Shown here: positions 1 to 10,734 of the stretch, piece after piece
Layout: every line of letters starts with the position of its first letter
Position numbering within the stretch: the first letter of the stretch is position 1
Assembly: GCA_965219085.1 (NCBI GenBank)
Contig: OZ244720.1
Location: 2,496,001 to 2,560,000, forward strand
Length of the DNA: 64,000 bases
Direction of reading: 5' to 3'
From: Dehalococcoidia bacterium
GTDB lineage: Bacteria > Chloroflexota > Dehalococcoidia > UBA2979
Notes under the pieces: generated by a model
Seen by the model: the letters and a program-made list of their open reading frames with translations, nothing else
Told to the model about the DNA's origin: nothing
The model's database searches: none
Translations under genes and position numbers: made by a program

Positions 1-272
1 TCGGCGATGGCGCCCGCGTACGCGCCATCCGGCGCGGTCCCCGAGATGCGCATCTCCCCGGCGATCGGGGCGAAGGCGCCGAAGTCGAGCCCCGTGACGT
101 TGGTGTAGCGCCACGGGCGCAGCGCGCGTGTGGGCAGCGGGGTGGCGTCGAAGGCGCGGGCCGCCTCGGCGCGGCGATCGCGCAGCCAGCCGGGCTCGCC
201 GCGCCCATCGGCGGCGGCGAGGACGGCGGGCTCTGCGTAGTGGTCGGTAGTGGTCCGGGCGTCGGTCGTCAT
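1..272 (-). CDS. sufD: Fe-S cluster assembly protein SufD, N-terminal part (runs off the window)
   Basis: Hand translation from ATG at 272: MTTDARTTTDHYAEPAVLAAADGRGEPGWLRDRRAEAARAFDATPLPTRALRPWRYTNV, a typical SufD N-terminus; directly downstream of sufB. Confidence 0.8.
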   Translation of the reverse strand, partial: MTTDARTTTDHYAEPAVLAAADGRGEPGWLRDRRAEAARAFDATPLPTRALRPWRYTNVTGLDFGAFAPIAGEMRISGTAPDGAYAGAIA

Positions 273-293
273 AGCCGTCCAGTCGGGCCGGCG

Positions 294-1712
294 CTAGCCG
301 ACCGAGCCTTCCATCTGCAGCTCGATCAGGCGGTTGAGCTCGATGGCGTACTCCATCGGCAGCTCCTTGACGATCGGCTCGACGAAGCCGTTGACGACCA
401 TCTTGGAGGCTTCCTCCTCGGTCAGCCCGCGCGACATCAGGTAGAAGAGCTGGTCGTCGCCGAGCTTGGAGACCGAGGCCTCGTGGCCGATGTTCACGCG
501 CTCCTCGTCCACCTCCATGGTCGGGTAGGTGTCGGAGCGCGAGTGCTCGTCGAGCAGCAGCGCGTCACAGCGCACCGTCGACGTGGAGCCCTCGGCGCCC
601 TCCTCGACCTTGAGCAGGCCGCGGTAGGAGGTGCGGCCGCTGCCGCGCGAGACGGACTTGGAGACGATCGCCGACGAGGTGTTCGGGGCGACGTGGATGA
701 CCTTGCCGCCCGCGTCCTGGTGCTGCCCGTCGCCCGCGAACGCCAGCGAGAGGATCTCGCCGTGCGCGCCTGGCTCCATCAGGTAGACCGAGGGGTACTT
801 CATCGTGAGCTTCGAGCCGATGTTGCCGTCGACCCACTCCATGACTGCGTCCCGGTAGGCGACCGCGCGCTTCGTCACGAGGTTGTAGACGTTGTTCGAC
901 CAGTTCTGGATCGTCGTGTAGCGGACGCGCGCGTCCTTCTTGACGATGATCTCGACCACGGCCGAGTGCAGCGAGTCCGTGCTGTAGATCGGCGCGGTAC
1001 AGCCCTCGACGTAGTGCACGTACGAGCCCTCGTCGGCGATGATCAGCGTCCGCTCGAACTGGCCCATGCTCTCGGTGTTGATGCGGAAGTAGGCCTGCAG
1101 CGGCACCTCGACGTGCACGCCCGGCGGCACGTAGATGAACGAGCCGCCGGACCAGACGGCGCTGTTCAGCGCCGCGAACCGGTTGTCGCCGGGCGGGATC
1201 ACGGTACCGAAGTGCTCGCGCACGAGGTCGCCGTACTCGGCCAGCCCCTGGTCCATGCCCAGGAAGACCACGCCCTGCTCGGTGAGGTCCTCGCGGAGGT
1301 TGTGGTAGACGACCTCGGAGTCGTACTGCGCGCCCGCGCCGGCCAGGAACTGGCGCTCGGCCTCGGGAATCCCGAGCTTGTCGAACGTGTCCTTGATGTA
1401 CTCGGGCACATCTTCCCAGTCGGTCGAGTCGCGGTCGGTCGCGCGCACGTAATAGGTGATGGCGTCGAAGTCGATGGCGGCGAGCAGCTCGGGGCTGCCG
1501 GCCCAGGTCGGGTCATCCTTCTCGTAGAAGGTGCGGAGGGCTTCGAGGCGGAACTCGCGCATCCACTCCGGCTCGTCCTTCAACTCCGAGATCTGGCGCA
1601 CCACGTCCTCGCTGAGGCCCTTGTCGGCGCGGAAGAGCGGGACCTCGTCGTCGTGGAATCCCCACTGGTAGTCGCCGACGGCTTCGCGGGCCTTGGGGTT
1701 CACGGTCGTCAT
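294..1712 (-). CDS. sufB: Fe-S cluster assembly protein SufB
   Basis: [42 protein letters not shown]-terminal [11 protein letters not shown]. Confidence 0.97.
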   Translation of the reverse strand: MTTVNPKAREAVGDYQWGFHDDEVPLFRADKGLSEDVVRQISELKDEPEWMREFRLEALRTFYEKDDPTWAGSPELLAAIDFDAITYYVRATDRDSTDWEDVPEYIKDTFDKLGIPEAERQFLAGAGAQYDSEVVYHNLREDLTEQGVVFLGMDQGLAEYGDLVREHFGTVIPPGDNRFAALNSAVWSGGSFIYVPPGVHVEVPLQAYFRINTESMGQFERTLIIADEGSYVHYVEGCTAPIYSTDSLHSAVVEIIVKKDARVRYTTIQNWSNNVYNLVTKRAVAYRDAVMEWVDGNIGSKLTMKYPSVYLMEPGAHGEILSLAFAGDGQHQDAGGKVIHVAPNTSSAIVSKSVSRGSGRTSYRGLLKVEEGAEGSTSTVRCDALLLDEHSRSDTYPTMEVDEERVNIGHEASVSKLGDDQLFYLMSRGLTEEEASKMVVNGFVEPIVKELPMEYAIELNRLIELQMEGSVG

Positions 1713-1769
1713 CTTGTGCCTCGCTTCTTGCTCGGTTTGTTGCTGCGGACTGCGTAGCCCGCTGTGGCC

Positions 1770-2585
1770 CTAGAGGGCCGCGGCCCCGGCGGGTTCGTTG
1801 ATCGCTTGCAGGCTGAGTTCCTGCAAGATCGGGTCGTAGCCCTCGGACTCGATTTGATGCGCCAGCTCCGGGCCGCCGGAGCGGACGATGCGGCCGGTGA
1901 CCAGCACATGCACGAAGTCCGGGGTGATGTAGTTGAGGATGCGCTGGTAGTGGGTGATGAGCACGATGCCCATGTCGTCGGTGTGGAGCGCGTCCACGCC
2001 CTCGGCGACCGTGCGCAGTGCGTCGACGTCGAGGCCGGAGTCGGTCTCGTCGAGGATCGCGAGCTGCGGCTTGAGCATGCCGAGCTGGAGGATCTCGGCG
2101 CGCTTCTTCTCGCCGCCGGAGAAGCCGTCGTTGACGTAACGGCGGGCGAAGTCCTCGTCGATGCGGAGCGTGGTGAGCACCTCGCGCAGCTGCTGGAGGA
2201 ACTCGCGCGCCGAGGGCTCCTCGCCGCTGCGGGCCTTCATGGCCATGCGCAGCAGGTTCACCATCGTCACGCCGGGGATGGGGGTGGGGTACTGGAACGA
2301 CAGGAACATGCCCATGCGTGCGCGCTTGTCGGCGGAGAGCAGCGTCACGTTCTCGCCCTGGAAGTGCACCTCGCCGGAGTCGATCATGTACTGCGGGCTG
2401 CCGGCGATGGCGTTTGCCAGGGTGCTCTTGCCCGAGCCGTTCGGCCCCATCAGCGCGTGCACCTCGCCGGGCCGGACCTTGAGGTCGACGCCCTGGACGA
2501 TCTTGATCTCCCGGTCCGCGGTCACACTCACGTGGAGGTCGCGGACCTCCAGCAGCGGCTGACCGGGCTCGTTCATCTCGCTCAC
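1770..2585 (-). CDS. sufC: Fe-S cluster assembly ATPase SufC
   Basis: Walker A GPNGSGKS, FSGGEKKRAEILQ, ILDETDSGLDVDAL, ITHYQRIL; GTG start at 2585 overlaps the upstream stop (GTGA). Confidence 0.95.
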   Translation of the reverse strand: MSEMNEPGQPLLEVRDLHVSVTADREIKIVQGVDLKVRPGEVHALMGPNGSGKSTLANAIAGSPQYMIDSGEVHFQGENVTLLSADKRARMGMFLSFQYPTPIPGVTMVNLLRMAMKARSGEEPSAREFLQQLREVLTTLRIDEDFARRYVNDGFSGGEKKRAEILQLGMLKPQLAILDETDSGLDVDALRTVAEGVDALHTDDMGIVLITHYQRILNYITPDFVHVLVTGRIVRSGGPELAHQIESEGYDPILQELSLQAINEPAGAAAL

Positions 2586-3316
2586 AGCAACTCCACTCTT
2601 GCTTGTGCTTGTCCCGCTGGTTGCGGCCCCGGCATCCCAAACGCCGGTACCGATGTACCGCGCTCGGGGTCGCCGTCCACGGGCTTCTTCACGATGTACT
2701 CGCAGCAACTCGAGCCACCCGCGATGGTCGCGACCTGCTCGACCGGTGCGCCCACGAGCAACTCGATGCTGTACCGGTCCGCCTCGCAGGCGGCGCCGGT
2801 CTCGAGGGCGGTCGAGCGGCAGGGGCATCCGACGTTGCTGAGCCGGAAGGCGTCGCCTTCGTCGACGGCATCGTTGAGGACGCCGACCTCGCTCATGGCG
2901 GCGACGACCTCGGTGATGCGGTCCGGGAGGTCGTCGCTGCGGATGAACGGGGCATGCTCGCTTGCCACGCGCTCCGCGACGGACTCGAAGACGCGCCACA
3001 GGATCGCCGCGCCGGGCTGGCCCGCCACCTCGTCGGCGCCGAGGTCGGTGAGGGCGGGGTAGACGTGGTCCAGCAGGCGGGCGTAGTTGGCGGCCGATGA
3101 GCGCTCCTCGCCGGCCTCGCTCAGCGAGTAGACGGTGAGCGGGCGGCCGCGCGCGCGGCGCTCCTGGCGGGTCTCGATGAAATCGTCGGCGCCGAGGATG
3201 TCGAGGTGGCGCCGCACCGAGCCCTGGGACATGCGCATGGCCTCGGCGAGGCCGGCGACGGAGCTGTCACCGCGCTCGTGGAGGATGCGAATCAGTTCGT
3301 CGCGTGCTCGCTCCAT
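2582..3316 (-). CDS. sufR: SufR-like ArsR/HTH transcriptional regulator
   Basis: N-terminal HTH with RGRP..VYSLS; C-terminal Cys cluster (GCPC..AC..SSCCEY); first gene of the suf operon; ATG at 3316. Confidence 0.8.
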   Translation of the reverse strand: MERARDELIRILHERGDSSVAGLAEAMRMSQGSVRRHLDILGADDFIETRQERRARGRPLTVYSLSEAGEERSSAANYARLLDHVYPALTDLGADEVAGQPGAAILWRVFESVAERVASEHAPFIRSDDLPDRITEVVAAMSEVGVLNDAVDEGDAFRLSNVGCPCRSTALETGAACEADRYSIELLVGAPVEQVATIAGGSSCCEYIVKKPVDGDPERGTSVPAFGMPGPQPAGQAQARVELL

Positions 3317-3454
3317 GCGCCCTTCAGTCTGCGTCGGGGACTCTCGTCTCGCATCGTGCGCGAGAGCGAGGGTCCGTCGGTGCGTTTCGGTTCGGCCACC
3401 CCGCCAGGGGACCGGTGACACGTCCTGCGCTGAGTGTGCGCGGTCCGTGCATCC

Positions 3455-3501
3455 ATTATCGCCGCCCGGCGGGCTGGGTCAATCTTTTTTCACATTTTTT
3501 T
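3455..3501 (-). promoter_or_regulatory. putative sigma70 promoter of the suf operon with an A-tract UP element
   Basis: Minus strand TTGACC (3482-3477), 16 nt, GATAAT (3460-3455), preceded by A-tracts that stand out in high-GC DNA. Confidence 0.5.
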
Positions 3502-3659
3502 GTAATCAACGGTTAAATGCTGCGCAACCTGGGTCCGGCGATGGCGACAGGGCGGAGAGGCCGCCCCGGGCATCCCGCGTGGGCGCGATTCCCGCTATGC
3601 TCAACACACTTCGCGACGCGCGAGGAGCATACGCGCCCGCGGGCGCGGCAGGCGAGGGG

Positions 3660-4088
3660 ATGACGATGGCTGACGATGTCCAGGGTGTAAGCGTCGGGAC
3701 GACGGCGAGCTTCGAGAAGACCGTGACCGAGGAAGACATCGCGATGTTCACTCAGGTCTCGGGCGACACGAACCCGCTGCACCGCGACGCCGAGTATGCG
3801 GCGCGTACGCGCTTCCGGGCGCCGATCGCCCACGGCATCCTCGCCGCCGGCGTGATTTCGGCAGCGCTCGGCACGCAGCTGGCGCCGGACGCGGTCGTGA
3901 TCTACCTGGGGCAGAACCTCCAGTTCCGCGCCCCCGTCTCGGCCGGCGACACGCTGACGGCGAGCGTTGAGGCGACGGCCGTGAACACCGAGCGCAGCCA
4001 GGTCTCGCTCAACACGAACGTCACCAACCAGGACGGCACCGAGGTGATCCGCGGCGACGCGCTCGTCATGATCGACGCGCTGCGCTAG
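3660..4088 (+). CDS. MaoC-family (R)-enoyl-CoA hydratase (PhaJ-like)
   Basis: Hydratase-2 motif SGDTNPLHRDAEYA...IAHGIL; ATG at 3660 or 3666. Confidence 0.88.
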   Translation: MTMADDVQGVSVGTTASFEKTVTEEDIAMFTQVSGDTNPLHRDAEYAARTRFRAPIAHGILAAGVISAALGTQLAPDAVVIYLGQNLQFRAPVSAGDTLTASVEATAVNTERSQVSLNTNVTNQDGTEVIRGDALVMIDALR

Positions 4089-4134
4089 CCTCGCGCATAT
4101 CAGAGCACAGCGTCAGGGTCCGAGGAGCAGAACG

Positions 4135-5811
4135 ATGATGAAGCCGGAGCAGGCGACGGCAATCGAAGAGGCGCAGGGCGCGTGGGAAGAGGGCCCGCTG
4201 GCCAAGGTGCTGGGCCGCTTCCCCGAGCGCAGGCAGGCGTTCCAGACCTCCTCGGCGGAGGCGGAACGCGTATACACCCCGGCCGATGTCGCCGACGTCG
4301 ACTACCTCGATGACATCGGGTTCCCCGGCCAGTACCCGTTCACGCGCGGTGTGCAGCCGACCATGTATCGCGGGCGGCTCTGGACCATGCGCCAGTACGC
4401 CGGCTTCGGCACGCCCGAGGAGACCAACGAGCGCTTCCGCGAGTTGCTCGCGAACGGCCAGACGGGCCTCTCGACGGCGTTCGACCTGCCGACCCAGACC
4501 GGCTACGACTCGGACCACCCGATGGCGGCCGGCGAGGTTGGCCAGGTGGGCGTCGCGATCGACAGCCTCGCCGACATGGAGACGCTGTTCGACGACATCC
4601 CGCTGGACGGCATCTCGACGTCGATGACGATCAACGCGCCCGCGCCGATCCTCGTCGCGATGTACATCGTCGCCGCCGAGAAGCAGGGCCATCCGCCGAG
4701 CGTGATCATGGGCACCGCGCAGAACGACGTGCTCAAGGAGTATGTCGCGCGCGGCACCTACATCTTCCCGCCCGGTCCCTCGGTGCGGCTGGCCGCCGAT
4801 CTCATCAACTACTGCGCGCACGAGTCGCCGCGCTTCAACTCGATCTCCGTCTCCGGCTACCACATCCGCGAGGCGGGCTCGACGGCCGCGCAAGAGGTCG
4901 CGTTCGCGTTCGCCAACGCCTTCGCGTACCTCGACCGCTGCCTGGAGCAGGGCGCATCGATCGACGACGTGGCGCCGCGCGTGTCGTGGATCTTCAACAC
5001 GCACAATTACTTCTTCGAGGAGGTCGCGAAGTTCCGCGCGCTGCGGCGGATGTGGGCGCGCGCGATGAAGGAGCGCTACGGCGCAACCAACCCCAACTCG
5101 ATGATGTTCCGCACCCACACCCAGACCGGCGGCTCGACGCTCACCGCGCAGCAGCCGCTCAACAACCTCACCCGCTCGGCGATCCAGGCGCTCGCCGCCG
5201 TCGTCGGTGGCGTGCAGTCGCTCGCGCTGTCGTGCTACGACGAGGCGCTCGCGCTGCCGACCGAGGAGGCGCAGCAGCTCGCGCTGCGCTCGCAGCAGAT
5301 CATCGCCCACGAGACCGGCGCGGCCGACACCATCGACCCGCTCGCCGGCTCGTACTACGTCGAGTCGCTGACGAACCAGCTCGAGGAGGCCGCGCAGGCG
5401 ATCATCGACCGCGTCGAGGACATCGGCGGGGCGGTCGCTGCGGTCGAGACCGGGTACGTGCAGTCCGAGATCCAGGAAGCCTCGGTCGTCTACCAGCGTG
5501 AGATCGAGGCGGGCGAGCGCGTCGTCGTTGGCGTCAACCAGTACGTCGACGAGGACGAGAACGCGACGCCGATCTTCCGCCCGAACAGGGCGGTCATCGA
5601 CGCCCAGCTCGCGCGCCTCGCGCGCGTGAAGTCGGAGCGCGACCAGGGCGCCGTCGACGCGGCGCTGGCCGGTCTGCGCCAGGCGGCGCGCGGCGACGAC
5701 TCGATGATGGAGCCGATCCTCGACGCGGTGCGCAGCTACGCCACGCTCGGCGAGATGTGCGACGTGCTGCGCGGGGAGTGGGGCGAGTACACCCCACCGA
5801 CGGTCGTCTAA
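4135..5811 (+). CDS. B12-dependent acyl-CoA mutase large subunit (methylmalonyl-CoA mutase family, no B12-binding domain)
   Basis: PGQYPFTRG, WTMRQYAGFG, GLSTAFDLPTQ, QNDVLKEYVARG, SGYHIREAG. Confidence 0.93.
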   Translation: MMKPEQATAIEEAQGAWEEGPLAKVLGRFPERRQAFQTSSAEAERVYTPADVADVDYLDDIGFPGQYPFTRGVQPTMYRGRLWTMRQYAGFGTPEETNERFRELLANGQTGLSTAFDLPTQTGYDSDHPMAAGEVGQVGVAIDSLADMETLFDDIPLDGISTSMTINAPAPILVAMYIVAAEKQGHPPSVIMGTAQNDVLKEYVARGTYIFPPGPSVRLAADLINYCAHESPRFNSISVSGYHIREAGSTAAQEVAFAFANAFAYLDRCLEQGASIDDVAPRVSWIFNTHNYFFEEVAKFRALRRMWARAMKERYGATNPNSMMFRTHTQTGGSTLTAQQPLNNLTRSAIQALAAVVGGVQSLALSCYDEALALPTEEAQQLALRSQQIIAHETGAADTIDPLAGSYYVESLTNQLEEAAQAIIDRVEDIGGAVAAVETGYVQSEIQEASVVYQREIEAGERVVVGVNQYVDEDENATPIFRPNRAVIDAQLARLARVKSERDQGAVDAALAGLRQAARGDDSMMEPILDAVRSYATLGEMCDVLRGEWGEYTPPTVV

Positions 5812-5948
5812 CCGCCCGGTGCATCGGTAGTCGCGCCCCCGTTGCAGGGGACGCGGCGGACGCGAGGGGCGCAGGCTTGCGCCCTCGCCGCCGCACGGTC
5901 ACGATGCGGCCGTCGAACCGTGAACCCATGACACCACAGGAGGCGGAG

Positions 5949-6695
5949 ATGGCTGGAGCACTCGAGGGACAGGTGGCGGTCGTGACCGGCGGCGGTCGCG
6001 GCATCGGGCGCGCGTGCGCGATCGAACTGGCGCGCGAGGGCGCGAGCGTGATCGTCAACTACGTGTCGAACGCGGATACGGCTGAGGCCACGCGCGACGC
6101 GATCCACGAGTTCGGCGGCACCGTCGTGCTCGTCAAGGCCAACGTGTCCGACCCCGACGAGGCATCCGACGTGGTCGAGACCGCGGTCGAAGAGCTCGGA
6201 AAGATCGACATCCTCGTCAACAACGCCGGCGTGAACCGCGACCGCACCATCGCGCGGCTCTCCGTCGAGGAGTGGGACGAGGTCATCAAGACGGACCTGT
6301 CGTCGATGTTCTACTGCACGCGCGCGGCGGTGCCGCACATGCGCGAGGCGAACTACGGCCGGATCATCAACATGTCCTCGATCGTCGGGCAGATGGGCAA
6401 CGTCGGTCAGGCGAACTACGCGGCCGCGAAGGCCGGGATGATCGCCTTCACGAAGACGGCCGCGAAGGAGCTCGCGCGCAACAACATCACCGTCAACGCG
6501 GTGTGCCCGGGCTTCGTCTCGACCGACATGGTGACCGCGCTGTCAGACGAGATTCAGGACAACATCAAGTCGCAGATCCCCCTCGGCCGCTTCGGTGAGC
6601 CCGAGGAGATCGCGGCGCTGGTGCGCTTCCTGTGCACCGAGGGCGGCTTCTTCACCGGCGCGCAGCTCTCCCCGAACGGCGGCCAGTACATGTAG
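5949..6695 (+). CDS. SDR: acetoacetyl-CoA reductase (PhaB-like) or 3-oxoacyl-ACP reductase
   Basis: TGGGRGIG, NNAG, YAAAK; C-terminus TGAQLSPNGGQYM resembles PhaB. Confidence 0.85.
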   Translation: MAGALEGQVAVVTGGGRGIGRACAIELAREGASVIVNYVSNADTAEATRDAIHEFGGTVVLVKANVSDPDEASDVVETAVEELGKIDILVNNAGVNRDRTIARLSVEEWDEVIKTDLSSMFYCTRAAVPHMREANYGRIINMSSIVGQMGNVGQANYAAAKAGMIAFTKTAAKELARNNITVNAVCPGFVSTDMVTALSDEIQDNIKSQIPLGRFGEPEEIAALVRFLCTEGGFFTGAQLSPNGGQYM

Positions 6696-6970
6696 GGCGC
6701 TCCCCCTCGCAGGGAGCGCGGCGCGGGCGAGCCAGCCCGCGCCGCCGACTTCGGAACGCCGCCGCGCAGCACGCGGCGGCGTTTGCGTGTGACGCACGGC
6801 TGGACGGGGCGCCCGTGGTGAACGACGAACGCTGGGGGTGAGCCGGGTGCGAGCGCACGCGCACCTCGCGTTCGTGCGGCTGTAATCACCCAGCGAGACC
6901 GAGCGCCGGATCGCGACCGTCGAGGCGAGCCCGGCTGCCCCGGTGCGCTGAGCGCTGAGTATCGTGGCGC

Positions 6971-7279
6971 TCAGGCTTCGGCGGGCTCCATGAGGATCGC
7001 CTCGTAGAGCGAGACGTGCGGCGCGTCCTGCATCACGCCTTGCGTAAGCGGCTGTGCGTGCGAGCGGCGGAAGTCGTCGGACTGCGTCCAGGCGACGAAC
7101 GCGTCGCGCGACTCCCACGTCGAGTGCGAGATGTACTCGCCGGGCTGGTCGCCCTTGAGCAGCGCGAACGCCTGGTAGCCGGGCACCCCGGCCATGTAGC
7201 TGTCGCGCTCGCGCCAGGTCCGCTCGAACTCCTCCTCGCGTCCCTCGGCGATCTGGAACCGGTTCATCGCGATGAACAT
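6971..7279 (-). CDS. antibiotic biosynthesis monooxygenase family (IsdG/HmoA-like)
   Basis: MFIAMNRF..G.EEEFE..W, WES.DAF.AWT.S..F..SH. Confidence 0.85.
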   Translation of the reverse strand: MFIAMNRFQIAEGREEEFERTWRERDSYMAGVPGYQAFALLKGDQPGEYISHSTWESRDAFVAWTQSDDFRRSHAQPLTQGVMQDAPHVSLYEAILMEPAEA

Positions 7280-7395
7280 GCGTGGGCCTCACTCCCTCTC
7301 GCGCGCCGTAGCGGCGCTGCGCGGCGTTGCTCTCAGCATCAGGATACGTCGAGGTGCGGCGGGTCGCTGCGAGGCTTCGGGGGTAGGATGCCTGC

Positions 7396-8034
<639 letters not shown>

Positions 8035-8112
8035 GGCAGCGACACCTCAGTTGGGTATACTCGTCGAGCCGACTGCTCCCACCCATGCAGTTGGAAGTGA
8101 CGTAAGCAGACC

Positions 8113-8307
8113 ATGGGACCCGAAGATCACCCTCGCGACCCTGAGGCGCCCAAAGTGAGCCACCCGAACGTGGAGGAGCTCACTGAAGCTGAAATCGAAG
8201 CTCTCGAAGACGCCGAGGACCTCCGGATCGCGCGCCAACGGTCCCGCCTCGCGAAGATCGAAGGCACCGTCTCGTGGGAGTCCGTCAAGGAGAAGTACGG
8301 CCTGTAG
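8113..8307 (+). CDS. small antitoxin-like protein
   Basis: IEALEDAEDLRIA...TVSWESVKEKYGL resembles C-termini of RelE/ParE-cognate antitoxins. Confidence 0.55.
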   Translation: MGPEDHPRDPEAPKVSHPNVEELTEAEIEALEDAEDLRIARQRSRLAKIEGTVSWESVKEKYGL

Positions 8308-8953
8308 CCTCCCTGGACGCTTCGCCCACATCGAGCAGCAGGTATCGGAACTCGCCGCCCGGACCTTCAGCCGGCTGCGAGTAGTGCTCCCATCGAGTGA
8401 CGTAGCGGCCGCTGAGCTCGATCGGTTGCTCGCGGTTCTTCATCGTCCCCGCGCTCGCCCCGGGACCCCACGCCAGCGCGCCGAGGACTTCGTTGCCCTC
8501 GTGCGTGCGGAACGTCCCGTCGATGGCGCCAACTCCACCTTCATTCCAGTAAGACTGTTCGTTGGTCAAGGCCGCCACGTAGCCACCCGTAGCCCACCCG
8601 TGCTCGATGAGTCTCTCGATGCGCGCAACGTCCTTCCACAAGTCGTAACGCGAGGGAGGCTGTGCACCTTGCTGCCGCAGCTCGTAGTCCTCGCCAGACA
8701 CGAAAAGGTGCGCCTCGCGCGTCCAGTACTTCAACTCGAGCACGGTCTCCGTCCCACTACCTCGCAACCAGATGTCCACGTGGCCTCGCTCGCCCTCCAG
8801 AGGCACGGGCCGCTCCAAACGCACGTCGATGTCCTGGTGGTGACCGCGCACGGTCCACGCAAGCGCGTGCTGGAAGTCAGCCTCGGAGTGGAACACGGGG
8901 CGTTCCTCCGCGAGAGCGGAGAGCGCGGCCGTGAGGTCAGCGCGCCCGATCAC
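8285..8953 (-). CDS. PD-(D/E)XK-like nuclease-fold hypothetical protein
   Basis: FHSEADFQHALAW, HVDIW...VLELKY, YDLWKDVARIE; GTG at 8953 overlaps the MaoC stop. Confidence 0.65.
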   Translation of the reverse strand: MIGRADLTAALSALAEERPVFHSEADFQHALAWTVRGHHQDIDVRLERPVPLEGERGHVDIWLRGSGTETVLELKYWTREAHLFVSGEDYELRQQGAQPPSRYDLWKDVARIERLIEHGWATGGYVAALTNEQSYWNEGGVGAIDGTFRTHEGNEVLGALAWGPGASAGTMKNREQPIELSGRYVTRWEHYSQPAEGPGGEFRYLLLDVGEASREATGRTSP

Positions 8954-9342
8954 GCGTCGCCTAGGGCCACCGATGCAGTCCCGGTAAGCAGCACCGTGCC
9001 GTCCGCGGTCTCGCACCGCACCGCGTAGCTCGCCACGCCGTCCGTCACACCTCGAGGTTCCGCCGACGCCGTGACTTCGACGGGCTGGAGGGCCGGGGCG
9101 CGCCAGCGCACCTTGAGCGCGCCGCTCTCTGCCCAGCGCTGCCCGAACGTCGCGCTCATCGCCTCGGAGACGAGGGCGAGCACGAGCATGCCGTGGGCGA
9201 CGGGGCGGCCGAACTCCGTGGTCGCGGCGAAGGCCGCGTCCGTGTGGATAGGATTCGGGTCGCGCGCGGCTGCGGCGTAGCGACTCACGCGGTCATGGTC
9301 GATGAGGCGAGTGACCGGGGCGACCTCGGGTGGCGTGGTCAC
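8950..9342 (-). CDS. MaoC-family dehydratase (catalytic hot-dog subunit)
   Basis: ARDPNPIHTDAAFA...VAHGML; GTG start overlaps the upstream stop. Confidence 0.85.
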   Translation of the reverse strand: MTTPPEVAPVTRLIDHDRVSRYAAAARDPNPIHTDAAFAATTEFGRPVAHGMLVLALVSEAMSATFGQRWAESGALKVRWRAPALQPVEVTASAEPRGVTDGVASYAVRCETADGTVLLTGTASVALGDA

Positions 9343-9752
9343 GAGGTGGCCTCCGGGGCGGGCGCTGCGACCGTCGAGCGCCCGCGCAGCACGATGTCGC
9401 CGCCGGGCGCGGTGCGCAGCTCGATGTCCAGGGTGAGCAGCAGGGTGCCTCGGCGCTCGGAGCGCTGCGCGACGCTGACTGACGCCTCGACCAGCTCGCC
9501 GGGCGTGATGGCGTGCAGGAAGTCGAACTCCTGCCGGACGTGCAGCGCGCCCCAGGGTAGCCCCACGTGCTCCATGAACTGGCCGAGCACCCATGCGCCG
9601 GCCGCGAGGGGCGGAACCACACTGGCCCAGCGTTCGGCCGGCTCGCCCGTGGCGTCGAGGTAGGCACGCACGTCCGCTGCGTCGTATGAGATGGGCGGGA
9701 GCGGGAACTCGTCGCCCCGGGCGAGGCCGCCGAAGTCGAGTTCGATGGTCAC
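9339..9752 (-). CDS. hot-dog fold partner of the MaoC dehydratase
   Basis: VPPL, GALHVRQEFDFLHAITPGE; coupled to the MaoC gene, as in HadA/HadB-type pairs. Confidence 0.75.
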   Translation of the reverse strand: MTIELDFGGLARGDEFPLPPISYDAADVRAYLDATGEPAERWASVVPPLAAGAWVLGQFMEHVGLPWGALHVRQEFDFLHAITPGELVEASVSVAQRSERRGTLLLTLDIELRTAPGGDIVLRGRSTVAAPAPEATS

Positions 9753-9765
9753 CGCGGGAGCGCGG

Positions 9766-10110
9766 TCAGGCGGGCGAGGCCGCGGAGAGGTAGCGGGCGC
9801 CCCAGTGCTGAATCGGGCGCATCGCCACGTGCAACTCGCGACCGCGCGGGGTGAGGTCGTACTCCACCCAGGGCGGCATCTTGTGCACGATCTTGCGCCG
9901 CACGATGCCGAGTTCCTCGAGCTCTTCGAGGCGGTCGCGCAGCGTGCGGGCGTTGCAGCCGCCGATGCGGATGGCGAGCTCGTTGAAGCGGCGCTTCCCG
10001 CCGCCGAGCTCGTAGACGATGTGGGGTACCCACTTCTGACCGAGGACGGAGAGCATGGCCCGGATCGGGCAGTACTCGCCTTCCGGCGTATGGACGAGCT
10101 TTTCTTCCAT
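9766..10110 (-). CDS. HxlR-family transcriptional regulator
   Basis: CPI...LGQKW, RRFNEL, PPWVEYDLTPRG. Confidence 0.92.
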   Translation of the reverse strand: MEEKLVHTPEGEYCPIRAMLSVLGQKWVPHIVYELGGGKRRFNELAIRIGGCNARTLRDRLEELEELGIVRRKIVHKMPPWVEYDLTPRGRELHVAMRPIQHWGARYLSAASPA

Positions 10111-10167
10111 CACGAGCGCGTCACCCCCCGCTTCTCGTGACCTCTTCCCGTCGCTCGCACCCCGCCG

Positions 10168-10611
10168 CTAGGAGCCCTGGATGGCGGCGAGCACGTCCGA
10201 GTGGTCGCGCGCCTCCGGGATCGGGTTCTGCTTCGAGTAGGCGACGTTGCCGTTCGCGTCGACGACGACCGTGAGCCGCTCGGCGGCGCCAAGCGCCTCG
10301 TTCCAGGTGCCGTATGCCTGCGCCACCTCGCCCTTGAGGTCGGCGAGGAGCGAGTGCGAGAGGTTCTCCGCCTGCTTGAAGGCGGCGTGGGCGAAGCGGC
10401 TGTCGCGGCTGATGCCGAAGATGGTGGCGCCGGCGTCGCTCCAGCCTGAGTAGTCGTCGCGGATCTCGCACAGCTCGTTGGTGCAGATGCCGGAGAAGTC
10501 GAACGTGTAGAAGACGAGGACGACAGGTGAACCGCGCAACTCGGAGAGCGTCACCTGCTCGTTGTCTTCGTTTACCAACGTGAAGTCAGGTGCTTCCTGG
10601 CCGATCTCCAT
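10168..10611 (-). CDS. peroxiredoxin (AhpE/BCP-like)
   Basis: APDFTL, FYTFDFSGICTNELC, GISRDS, ERLTVVVD. Confidence 0.88.
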   Translation of the reverse strand: MEIGQEAPDFTLVNEDNEQVTLSELRGSPVVLVFYTFDFSGICTNELCEIRDDYSGWSDAGATIFGISRDSRFAHAAFKQAENLSHSLLADLKGEVAQAYGTWNEALGAAERLTVVVDANGNVAYSKQNPIPEARDHSDVLAAIQGS

Positions 10612-10734
10612 CGCCACGCGCGCCTCCCTTTCAGTACGGGCTCGGCCCCGCGGGCCTCGTCCGATGTTCGCTCCTTCTACTCTACCCGCTCGGCGCATGA
10701 CCCGACTACCGGGTGCACGCTCCGACCACTCGGC

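Noticed and set aside
240-1757. Long ORF antisense to sufB, and many similar long overlapping ORFs (e.g. 10783-12270, 31166-33097, 56797-59382)
   Set aside because: Shadow frames of high-GC genes; no motifs, and they overlap well-supported genes
4135-5811. Assigning the mutase as isobutyryl-CoA or 2-hydroxyisobutyryl-CoA mutase
   Set aside because: It keeps Tyr in RQYAG, Ala in STAFD and Arg in YVARG, which are MCM-type residues
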